27,538 nt of DNA from a virus (taxonomy: Duplodnaviria > Caudoviricetes), in IMG/VR virus record IMGVR_UViG_3300033076_000606, positions 1-27,538 of that record. One strand, 5' to 3'. The position numbers and the translations under genes were made by a program. Shown piece after piece: positions 1 to 7,758 of the stretch (positions within the stretch are counted from its first letter, which is position 1; each line of letters opens with the position of its first letter). Under the pieces are notes generated by a model. That model worked only from the letters and a program-made list of their open reading frames with translations, was not told where the DNA came from and searched no databases.

Positions 1-119
1 TTTATTCTTTTTCGATACTCTCTTTTCAACCAGTCGTATTGATTGGTTATGGGGTTGCTGTTGCCAGCGTGCATTTTTCTGTACTCGAACATTTCTGCTT
101 TTTTATTGAATGTTGGCAT
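1..119 (-). CDS. Hypothetical protein, 5' part only (MPTFNKKAEMFEYRKMHAGNSNPITNQYDWLKREYRKRI...), runs off the left edge
   Basis: Not in ORF track. ATG at 119-117, preceded by AAAGAGGAAAAGAAA (SD) and a consensus promoter at 260-232; frame is open to base 1. Confidence 0.75.
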   Translation of the reverse strand, partial: MPTFNKKAEMFEYRKMHAGNSNPITNQYDWLKREYRKRI

Positions 120-148
120 TTTCTTTTCCTCTTTATGGGTTAGTTTCA

Positions 149-173
149 CAAACTTCATACCGTATGAAGTTTG
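149..173. promoter_or_regulatory. Perfect palindrome, copy 1: CAAACTTCATAC-C-GTATGAAGTTTG (putative operator)
   Basis: 12 bp perfect arms around 1 central base; related copies at 1108, 1341 and 1952. Confidence 0.7.
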
Positions 174-231
174 CAGTTTGGGCAGTGCCTATTGGCACGG
201 GCTTTCTGGGGGGCTCTCAGAAAGTGATAAT

Positions 232-260
232 AGTATAGCATACTGTTTAGGCTATGTCAA
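232..260 (-). promoter_or_regulatory. Sigma70-type promoter TTGACA-17-TATACT
   Basis: Minus strand reads TTGACA tagcctaaacagtatgc TATACT; points into the leftward ORF at 119. Confidence 0.85.
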
Positions 261-458
261 GTGGGTTTAAGGTTTGTGGAATGGTTTTAGGGAAATGGTT
301 TGACTTGGTAGGGAATGTTTAAAGAGAAGGGATAAATTTATGTGGTTTTATATGGCATTTCAACTCAGAAAAAATGCATCTTTTTTTAAATTATAGACAA
401 AACCAAATAGCATGAAAATGATTATATAATTTCATAACGAAACACTATGGGGTTGCGT

Positions 459-498
459 GTTTGTTGCTGGTTTGTTGCTGGTTTGTTGATAGTTTGTG
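459..498 (+). repeat. Tandem 11-mer GTTTGTTGCTG, two exact copies plus degenerate copies
   Basis: 459-469 and 470-480 are identical; 481-491 is GTTTGTTGATA; 492-498 is partial. Confidence 0.85.
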
Positions 499-658
499 TA
501 TCTGCTTAACGCATTGGGGGGCGCGTAGTGGGCAGTGTGTGGATGAAAGTTAATTATGTTTCTAAAAATGAGGCTTTTTTTGAGAGAGCGAAAAGATTTA
601 CTCTAACAAAAAACTGCAAAACTCAGCGGCCAAACGCCCTAACGTAAAAATGGAAAAT

Positions 659-706
659 CGTATACGGATCTCTCTCTCTTATATAATATAATAATAATAA
701 TAATAA
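659..706. repeat. CGTATACG palindrome, (CT)n run and pure A/T (TAA)n tract
   Basis: Read directly: cgtatacggatctctctctcttatataatataataataataataataa. Confidence 0.85.
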
Positions 707-1078
707 CACCTGCTAAGCCTTGCTGCGCCTACATCTCTGAGCATCTGCCCATACCAACAAACGCAAACCATATTGGGCCCGCTTTTCCAAACTATAAAAT
801 TATGTTAAGGGTTTGTTTCTTTCACCTCAAAAAATATAAACACGACTAATATAAACGCATCCGCCTACAAATGGCCGCAACTCCAGTACGCTCCCCCCCA
901 CCTCGCGGCACATCATCCATATAGCATGATCGCTCAACATCAGCATAGGAACTAGCATCATAGTAGATATAGTACAAACCAGAAAAACTCAAACCGTGAT
1001 CCAGTTCACAAAAAGCTCGGCGCAGTATGCGAAGCCGCTGAGTAGCGCGAAAATATGTTAGACAAAAACGACAGGCAC

Positions 1079-1102
1079 AAAAAAGCCCACGCTGGGTGGG
1101 CT
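1079..1102 (-). terminator. Intrinsic terminator for the leftward two-gene unit
   Basis: Stem AGCCCAC/GTGGGCT (1084-1102), 5 nt loop, followed by a T run on the minus strand, 25 nt after the stop at 1127. Confidence 0.8.
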
Positions 1103-1107
1103 ATGTG

Positions 1108-1128
1108 AAGTTAATACTGTATGGGGTT
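1108..1128. promoter_or_regulatory. Palindrome copy 2 (degenerate): AAGTTAATAC-T-GTATGGGGTT
   Basis: ATAC-N-GTAT core; left arm identical to copy 3; overlaps the stop codon at 1127-1129. Confidence 0.55.
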
Positions 1129-1303
1129 ATGCCCAGCATTGCCGAACAAAATACTCGACGTCAAATTTGTTTTCCTGGGCGACTTCGTTTAGCGCCTCGA
1201 TTGCTTTGCTGGCTTCGGCAAGTGTATCGTATGCTTTGCCCTCGATCAAATTTGATCCACGTTGGTCATATATGACCATCATTACCCTATAAATTGTGCT
1301 CAT
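1127..1303 (-). CDS. Hypothetical 58 aa protein (MSTIYRVMMV...)
   Basis: ORF track 1127..1342; start moved to ATG 1303 behind GAGGAGAATAAA. Confidence 0.75.
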   Translation of the reverse strand: MSTIYRVMMVIYDQRGSNLIEGKAYDTLAEASKAIEALNEVAQENKFDVEYFVRQCWA

Positions 1304-1340
1304 TTTATTCTCCTCAAGTAGCGCCGCCGTCCTTGGCGAC

Positions 1341-1363
1341 AAAGTTAATACCGTATGACGTTT
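1341..1363. promoter_or_regulatory. Palindrome copy 3: AAAGTTAATAC-C-GTATGACGTTT
   Basis: Same core and flanks as copy 1; abuts the stop codon at 1363-1365. Confidence 0.6.
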
Positions 1364-1872
1364 TAAGCTTTAATCTTAGTTAAACAGCGTAGCATCGCCG
1401 CCCATTCTTCGCGTGTAATCGTAGGGAAATCAGCCGCTCTCAATGCTGGACTTTCCAGCACTCGCTTGGCATAGCTTTTTAACTTGTCCATGTCGGATTT
1501 TGCTGGCTTCGCGCCTTTGCCAGCGCTAGATTTAACCACTTTGTCTTGTTTGGCTTCAGCTTGAACTACACGCGATTTATTTTTGCCAATGTACTCTCCC
1601 CGCATTAAACCTTCATTGATAGCAACGCGAGCATTACTTGCGCTGGCCTTGTTCATCGACTGCAACAGCAGCGCTTGCCACTCTTTAGCATCTTTGCTTT
1701 GCTCTGGATTGTTTTTAGCGCTGATATTGAATGCAGGTATTTGATATCCTTTATTGTCAGCGCAAAACTGATTCAGGAAAGCTTCGGCAATCCCGGCATC
1801 CTGCATAATGCAGTATGAAGTAACAACTGTTTGTTTTGTTGCAGTGTTAATTGTTTTGATTTGAGCGCTCAT
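1363..1872 (-). CDS. Hypothetical basic 169 aa protein (MSAQIKTINT...)
   Basis: ORF track 1363..1932; start moved to ATG 1872 behind GGAGAAACAAA because the longer start would overlap the promoter. Confidence 0.8.
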   Translation of the reverse strand: MSAQIKTINTATKQTVVTSYCIMQDAGIAEAFLNQFCADNKGYQIPAFNISAKNNPEQSKDAKEWQALLLQSMNKASASNARVAINEGLMRGEYIGKNKSRVVQAEAKQDKVVKSSAGKGAKPAKSDMDKLKSYAKRVLESPALRAADFPTITREEWAAMLRCLTKIKA

Positions 1873-1920
1873 TTTGTTTCTCCGTAGGATTAAAGTTACA
1901 CGGTTCGAGACCGTGATTAA

Positions 1921-1948
1921 AGTATACGCCAAACTGTATATATGTCAA
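1921..1948 (-). promoter_or_regulatory. Sigma70-type promoter TTGACA-16-TATACT
   Basis: Same hexamers as the promoter at 232-260; hairpin CACGGT/ACCGTG (1899-1915) lies at the predicted 5' end of the transcript. Confidence 0.8.
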
Positions 1949-1951
1949 ATG

Positions 1952-1970
1952 TTCATACGGTATGAAGTTT
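1952..1970. promoter_or_regulatory. Palindrome copy 4: TTCATAC-G-GTATGAAGTTT
   Basis: Reverse complement is identical to 19 nt of copy 1 (150-168); lies 3 nt upstream of the leftward -35 box. Confidence 0.7.
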
Positions 1971-2166
1971 TGTTGGATTACCTGGGAGGGCGAGGCGGGC
2001 AGGGGCACCCCCGTTTTTTCAGTTAACGTCCCTGCATTGCTACTACATACTAAAATAGCTTCTATCTCACAAAGTTTTTGAAATCACCTATACTATGTAA
2101 ATTTTTCTTAAATCATCCAACCACATATAAACATAACCCTCCGAAACACCCCCACCTCGAAAAAAC

Positions 2167-2195
2167 TTGCCCATCTCAAAAAATTTTGCTATAAA
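2167..2195 (+). promoter_or_regulatory. Putative rightward promoter TTGCCC-17-(TGc)TATAAA for the virion operon
   Basis: -35-like and extended -10-like hexamers with 17 nt spacing, about 30 nt upstream of the first rightward gene. Confidence 0.55.
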
Positions 2196-2227
2196 ATTTT
2201 TACCAATTAGACCACCGAGACAAAATC

Positions 2228-2770
2228 GTGGATCACCCCCAGTTTGCGATACCCTGTGCCTATATAGCACAGCGTGACATAGCCTTTGCTCAACTGCGAA
2301 AAGCACGGGACCTGTTCGGTGCGTCCGAAGAGTTTCAAGCCGCATGTGGCGAGCCACTGCCTGAGATAACCAAAGAAGATCAGCAAGAAGCTACAAAGAT
2401 CTTTTACGAGGCTCCTGATGCCCCTATCAGGCCCACAACGCCTGGAGCTGCACTTGCGTTAGACCGCATGCTGAAGAAGTACGACTACATTTTGGATGAC
2501 CCCAGTGCCAAGATGCGGAACTACGTTATGTATAAGTTCTTCGAACTCGCAGAAGATCCCGATCCCAAAGTTAGCATGAGAGCATTGGAGAATCTAGCCA
2601 AGACTGCAGACATCGGGTTGTTCAGCGAACGAGTTGAAATCAATATCAATCAGAGAACAACGGTTGATCTGGAAGCAGATCTGTCTAAACTTATCCATTC
2701 TGTGCTTGATCGTCAGGCTAACGCCAAAACTCTGGACATTTCGACAGCTATAGATGGGGAATTTGAATGA
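2228..2770 (+). CDS. terS: Probable terminase small subunit
   Basis: 180 aa helical protein directly upstream of terL with ATGA overlap; call is positional and the start codon is uncertain. Confidence 0.65.
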   Translation: MDHPQFAIPCAYIAQRDIAFAQLRKARDLFGASEEFQAACGEPLPEITKEDQQEATKIFYEAPDAPIRPTTPGAALALDRMLKKYDYILDDPSAKMRNYVMYKFFELAEDPDPKVSMRALENLAKTADIGLFSERVEININQRTTVDLEADLSKLIHSVLDRQANAKTLDISTAIDGEFE

Positions 2771-4272
2771 CGTTTACTCCCGAGACACTGCAAGCTGCGA
2801 TTGCCAAGGCTACGCCCAGTGAAAAGTTACGACTGCTCGCTATAGCTACTGAGCTTGAGACCCGTGCCAAGAAGGAGAAAGCCCGTACTAGCTTTATAGA
2901 CTTTGTTGAGCATGTATGGCCAGAGTTTATTCATGGTGCGCACCACAGGCGCATGGCAACTGCATTCGAGAGGGTAGCGAAGGGTGAACTGAAGCGGTTA
3001 GCTATCTGCATGCCACCTAGACATACAAAGTCAGAATTTGCTTCCTACCTGTTACCTGCATGGTTCCTTGGGCTTTATCCTCATAAGCAGGTGATGCAGC
3101 TCTCACATACGGCAGACTTGGCGGAGCAGTTTGGCCGGAAGGTGCGGAACTTGGTTGACTCAGACATATACCATGAAATTTATCCAGGCACACAGTTACG
3201 GAAAGACTCGACCGCCGCTGCACGGTGGAACACAGACAAGAATGGTATATATCAGGCGATGGGCGTAGGTGCCGCTGTTGCTGGTAAAGGTGCAGATCTG
3301 CTGATAATTGACGACCCCATATCGGAGCAGGAGGGTAAGGGGCTAGATCCCAAACCGTTCGATAATGTGTACGACTATTATATGACGGGGCCTCGTCAGC
3401 GTCTGCAACCTGGGGGAGCCATAATAATCGTAATGACTCGCTGGAATAAGCGAGATCTTGTGGGACGGTTAATCGAGAACTCCATAAAGAATCCTGACGG
3501 TGACCAGTGGGAGCTGATCGAATTCCCGGCCATATTACCTAGTGGTAAACCTCTGTGGCCTGAGTTCTGGAAACTCGAAGACTTACTCAAGACTAAAGTT
3601 GCAATTGATAATAGGTTCTGGCAAGCACAGTATCAACAGAACCCGACCTCTGAAGAAGGCGCGATAATTAAGCGTGAGTGGTGGCAGCGATGGGAACACG
3701 ATGAGCCACCCTATGTAGATTACACGCTCATATCATGGGATACGGCGTTCGAGAAGCATAATCGTGCTGACTACAGTGCGATGACAGTGTGGGGCGTCTT
3801 TTATAAAGATAATGACAGTGGTGTTAAGCAGCCTAACATCATATTACTGGATGCTGTTAAGAAACGTGTGGAGTTCCCAGAGCTTAAGCAATGGGCAAAG
3901 GATGCATATGATGAGTGGCAACCGGACAGTATGATTATTGAGAAAAGGGCATCAGGTGCGCCGCTGATATACGAGCTTAGAGCGATGGGGGTGCCTGTGC
4001 AGGAGTTCACTCCGTCAAAAGGGAATGATAAGTTTAGTAGGCTGAATGCAGTAGCAGATTTGTTCGCTAGTGGGTTTGTGTGGGCACCTGAGACTCGATG
4101 GGCTGATGAAGTGATAGATGATGTTGCGTCGTTCCCCGCAGGAACACACGATGACCTTGTGGACACGGTATCTCAGGCGTTAGCTAGGTTCCGTCAAGGT
4201 GGGTTTATACGTACAAAATTAGATGAAGAGGAAGAAGAGATGTATTATAAGCGCAAACGTTCCTACTACTAA
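2767..4272 (+). CDS. terL: Terminase large subunit
   Basis: Walker A variant MPPRHTKS, Walker B LLIIDDP, MTRW coupling motif, RNase H-fold nuclease motifs SWDTA and HDDLVD. Confidence 0.97.
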   Translation: MTFTPETLQAAIAKATPSEKLRLLAIATELETRAKKEKARTSFIDFVEHVWPEFIHGAHHRRMATAFERVAKGELKRLAICMPPRHTKSEFASYLLPAWFLGLYPHKQVMQLSHTADLAEQFGRKVRNLVDSDIYHEIYPGTQLRKDSTAAARWNTDKNGIYQAMGVGAAVAGKGADLLIIDDPISEQEGKGLDPKPFDNVYDYYMTGPRQRLQPGGAIIIVMTRWNKRDLVGRLIENSIKNPDGDQWELIEFPAILPSGKPLWPEFWKLEDLLKTKVAIDNRFWQAQYQQNPTSEEGAIIKREWWQRWEHDEPPYVDYTLISWDTAFEKHNRADYSAMTVWGVFYKDNDSGVKQPNIILLDAVKKRVEFPELKQWAKDAYDEWQPDSMIIEKRASGAPLIYELRAMGVPVQEFTPSKGNDKFSRLNAVADLFASGFVWAPETRWADEVIDDVASFPAGTHDDLVDTVSQALARFRQGGFIRTKLDEEEEEMYYKRKRSYY

Positions 4273-4287
4273 CAGGTGTCAACTACA

Positions 4288-7077
4288 ATGGCAATGGAAA
4301 AATCACTTTATCAAGCCCCTGAAGGTATTGAAGCTCTTAATGCTCCTTTGGATGCTGAGCCTCTTGAGATTGAGATTGAAGACCCTGAGTCTGTCACGAT
4401 TAACATTGGCGACTTGAGTATTGAGATTGATCCAGATGCTATGTCAGACGATGAGTTTAACGCTAATCTAGCTGAAGCTATGGACAGTAATGATTTAGCC
4501 GCGTTGGCTGATGAGTTGTTGTCTGATTATGAGGATGATGTTACATCTAGGAAAGACTGGCTGAAAACCTACGTAGACGGTCTTGAACTACTAGGCATGA
4601 CCATCGAAGAGCGGACAGAGCCTTGGGAAGGCGCCTGCGGCGTATATCATCCGTTAATGTCGGAAGCGCTGGTTAACTTCCAGTCTGAAACGATGATGAG
4701 TACGTTCCCAGCGATGGGCCCGTGCAAAACGAAGATTATTGGTAAGGAAACACCTGAGAAGAAAGAAGCGGCTGAGCGCGTTCAAGAAGACATGAACTAT
4801 CAGCTAACGGAAGAGATGAGCGAATTTAGGCCTGAACACGAGCGTATGCTGTGGGGTTTGGGATTGGCAGGCAATGCCTTTAAAAAGGTCTATATTGACC
4901 CTCAATTAGATAGACAAATCTCAATATTTGTACCCGCTGAAGACCTGGTTGTACCTTATGGTGCAGCTAATTTAGAAACTTCTCCTCGCGTAACACATGT
5001 GATGAGAAAGACAAAGAACGAACTGCGCAGGTTACAGGTAGCTGGGTTCTATATTGATGAAGATCTGGGTGAGCCTGACAACAACTTAGATGAAGTTGAG
5101 AAGAAAATAGCTGAACGTATGGGGTTCAGTGCCACCTCAGATGACAGATATAAGCTGTTAGAGATGCATGTTGAGCTGGATTTGCCTGGGTACGAGCATG
5201 AAGAAGATGGAGAAAAGACCGGGATTGCCCTACCTTATGTAGTTACTATTGAGAAAGGTAGTCAAAAAGTACTCGGAATCCGTAGAAACTGGGAGCAAAG
5301 TGATAATACCTATGCAAAAAGACAGCATTTTGTACATTATGGCTATGTCCCTGGCTTTGGTTTTTACTGCTTTGGCCTCATACATCTGGTTGGAGCTTTT
5401 GCTAAGTCTGGTACATCTATTATCAGACAGCTTGTAGACGCAGGTACACTATCTAACCTGCCAGGGGGCTTTAAGTCTCGTGGTTTGCGAGTAAAAGGCG
5501 ACGATACACCGATCGCTCCAGGTGAATTTAGGGACGTAGATGTTCCATCAGGCACTATTAAAGACAATTTAATGCCACTCCCTTACAAGGAGCCTAGCCA
5601 AACACTGTATCAGCTGCTGAATACCATCGTTGAAGAAGGCCGTAGGTTCGCCAATGCCGCGGATTTGCAAGTATCTGACATGTCTGCTCAAGCTCCGGTA
5701 GGTACTACACTCGCTATCTTAGAACGAACGCTAAAGGTGATGAGCTCCGTACAGGCGCGTATTCACTTTTCAATGAAAAAAGAGCTGAAATTGCTGAAAA
5801 AAGCAATTGCTCAGTACGCTCCTGAAGACTATAGCTACGATCCAGACTCTGGATCTAGGAGAGCGCGTAGATCAGACTACTCAATGGTTGATGTTATACC
5901 TGTATCTGATCCTAACGCGTCTACTATGGCGCAAAAGATTGTTCAGTACCAAGCTGTGCTTCAACTGGCTCAAGGATCTCCACAGATCTACAATATGGCG
6001 CTGTTACACAGACAAATGTTGGATGTTTTAGGTTTGAAAGACGCTCATAAGCTGATTCCGATGGCTGAAGATATGCGTCCATGTGACCCAGTAACGGAAA
6101 ATCAGAACATATTGACGCAAAAACCTGTCAAGGCATTCCCATCGCAGGATCATGTAGCCCACATCCAGATCCACATGTTGGCTATGCAAGACCCGAAAAT
6201 CATGCAGTTAATGCAGAATAACCCCGCTGCACAACAATTGCAGGCCACCATGATGGCTCATATCAATGAGCATGTCGGGTTTGAGTACCGCAAACAGATT
6301 GAAATGCAGTTAGGCATGTCACTGCCCCCACAAAAAGATGAGAACGATGACCCGCTGTACATGCCACCAGAGCTGGAAGCTGAGTTGTCCCCATTGATTG
6401 CTCAAGCAGCGCAACAGTTATTCGCTAAAAACACGCAGGAAGTTCGACAAGCCCAAGCGCAGCAGCAAGCGCAAGACCCGATTGTTCAGCTTCAACAACA
6501 AGAGTTGCAACTTAAGGCGTCAGAACAACAGCGCAAAGCGGTTAAAGACCAAGCTGATATTATGTTGGCTCAGAAGAAACTGGATCAGGAGCGTGAGCTG
6601 GAAGCCATGCGTGTAGCTTCTTTGGAACGTCAAGCCATGATACGCGCACAAGTTGAATCTACCTCTGCAGCAGCTAGTATTCAGGCTAAGCGTGATGGGG
6701 ATGTACTATCCAACAAAACCAAGGCAAGTATTGAAGCAAGCCGCATGGCTATTGACGGTAAGCTTAAAGCCGCTGAGATGTCATTGGGTGCTATATCTAA
6801 AGCTGCCGATATTACTAATCAGACTAAAGTTAAACAGGCTGATCTGGCAGTAACTGCGCTGACTAAAGCAGCTGAGCTAACTCAAGCTAAACAGGCACAA
6901 GATGCACAGCATCAACATGGTATGGATAAGCACAGCATGCAGCTAGCTCATAACGCTAATGAGTCCAAAGTACAACGCGAACACAAGGCGCAACAAGCCA
7001 GAGATAGTATGATTCATCAAGCGCAGCAAGCTGATTTAGGTCGGCAGGCTACACAACCAAAAGAGGGTGAGAAATGA
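4288..7077 (+). CDS. Portal protein (P22-like) with long C-terminal coiled coil
   Basis: Large ORF right after terL; portal-like segments GNAFKKVY, GFGFYCFGL, IAPGEF; Q/A/K-rich tail; ATG 4288 preferred over GTG 4276. Confidence 0.88.
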   Translation: MAMEKSLYQAPEGIEALNAPLDAEPLEIEIEDPESVTINIGDLSIEIDPDAMSDDEFNANLAEAMDSNDLAALADELLSDYEDDVTSRKDWLKTYVDGLELLGMTIEERTEPWEGACGVYHPLMSEALVNFQSETMMSTFPAMGPCKTKIIGKETPEKKEAAERVQEDMNYQLTEEMSEFRPEHERMLWGLGLAGNAFKKVYIDPQLDRQISIFVPAEDLVVPYGAANLETSPRVTHVMRKTKNELRRLQVAGFYIDEDLGEPDNNLDEVEKKIAERMGFSATSDDRYKLLEMHVELDLPGYEHEEDGEKTGIALPYVVTIEKGSQKVLGIRRNWEQSDNTYAKRQHFVHYGYVPGFGFYCFGLIHLVGAFAKSGTSIIRQLVDAGTLSNLPGGFKSRGLRVKGDDTPIAPGEFRDVDVPSGTIKDNLMPLPYKEPSQTLYQLLNTIVEEGRRFANAADLQVSDMSAQAPVGTTLAILERTLKVMSSVQARIHFSMKKELKLLKKAIAQYAPEDYSYDPDSGSRRARRSDYSMVDVIPVSDPNASTMAQKIVQYQAVLQLAQGSPQIYNMALLHRQMLDVLGLKDAHKLIPMAEDMRPCDPVTENQNILTQKPVKAFPSQDHVAHIQIHMLAMQDPKIMQLMQNNPAAQQLQATMMAHINEHVGFEYRKQIEMQLGMSLPPQKDENDDPLYMPPELEAELSPLIAQAAQQLFAKNTQEVRQAQAQQQAQDPIVQLQQQELQLKASEQQRKAVKDQADIMLAQKKLDQERELEAMRVASLERQAMIRAQVESTSAAASIQAKRDGDVLSNKTKASIEASRMAIDGKLKAAEMSLGAISKAADITNQTKVKQADLAVTALTKAAELTQAKQAQDAQHQHGMDKHSMQLAHNANESKVQREHKAQQARDSMIHQAQQADLGRQATQPKEGEK

Positions 7078-7265
7078 GCCCCCTAGAGTTGTTGATTAGA
7101 CAATTTGACGAGCAGATATTCGACATAAAAGCGGCTATTTGCTCCAATCGGATCAGTTCATTTGATGAGTATAAGATGCTGGTCGGCAAGCTAAATGGAT
7201 ACTTGTCGGCTAAAGAGTCCACAGAAGAGCTGCAAAGGCGGCTCGACTTTGGTGATGATGATTAA
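7074..7265 (+). CDS. Small hypothetical protein (63 aa)
   Basis: ATGA overlap with the portal stop; SD-like GAGGG upstream. Confidence 0.8.
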   Translation: MSPLELLIRQFDEQIFDIKAAICSNRISSFDEYKMLVGKLNGYLSAKESTEELQRRLDFGDDD

Positions 7266-7273
7266 GTTTACCC

Positions 7274-7291
7274 GCCCCTAACGGGGCTTTT
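7274..7291 (+). terminator. Possible weak intrinsic terminator
   Basis: GCCCC-TAAC-GGGGC followed by TTTT. Confidence 0.5.
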
Positions 7292-7341
7292 ATCGCTGGG
7301 GAGCGGCCGTCAATCGTGCGGTTCACGACATAGGAAATAGT

Positions 7342-7749
7342 ATGACTAAGTTAAATATCGGCTCAAACCCCGATACTTCACGCGACAGCGTTGAGGCCAT
7401 TGGGGATGCAGAAAAGGCAAGAATGCTACCCAAACCCACCGGATACCACATTCTCTGTGCTATCCCTGACATTGACAAGGAGTATGAAAGTGGGATTATC
7501 AAAGCAGATGTAACTCTGCGTAATGAAGAAGTCCTGACCACAGTACTGTTTGTTGTTGAGCTTGGCCCAGACTGCTATATGGATGAGAAGCGTTTTCCAA
7601 ACGGCCCTTGGTGCAAACAAGGTGATTTTGTGTTGGTACGCCCAAATTCAGGTTCTAGGCTCTTGATTCACGGCAAAGAGTTCCGACTTATCAACGATGA
7701 CTCGGTGGAAGGCACTGTGCAAGACCCACGCGGAATTACACGCAAATAG
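7342..7749 (+). CDS. groES: GroES/Cpn10-like co-chaperonin
   Basis: LPKPTGYHIL, mobile-loop-like ESGII, VVELGP, KQGDFV, GKEFRLINDDSVEG follow the Cpn10 pattern; SD AGGA. Confidence 0.85.
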   Translation: MTKLNIGSNPDTSRDSVEAIGDAEKARMLPKPTGYHILCAIPDIDKEYESGIIKADVTLRNEEVLTTVLFVVELGPDCYMDEKRFPNGPWCKQGDFVLVRPNSGSRLLIHGKEFRLINDDSVEGTVQDPRGITRK

Positions 7750-7758
7750 GAGAATAAT

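Noticed and set aside
149-173. Palindrome as a loxP-like or protelomerase site
   Set aside because: Shares AACTTC with the loxP arm but has a 1 bp rather than 8 bp spacer; odd-centred, short and multi-copy, unlike tel sites; no recombinase in the window
43-270. Plus-strand 75 aa ORF
   Set aside because: Antisense to a better-supported leftward ORF and runs across its SD, palindrome and promoter
1934-1949. LexA box inside the leftward promoter (CTGTATATATGTCAAA)
   Set aside because: Only the left CTGT half matches; the required ACAG half is missing
1108-1970. Palindrome copies as a CRISPR array
   Set aside because: Copies are degenerate, irregularly spaced and separated by whole genes; no cas genes
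2088-2357. Minus-strand 89 aa ORF
   Set aside because: Antisense to terS and its promoter; no convincing SD
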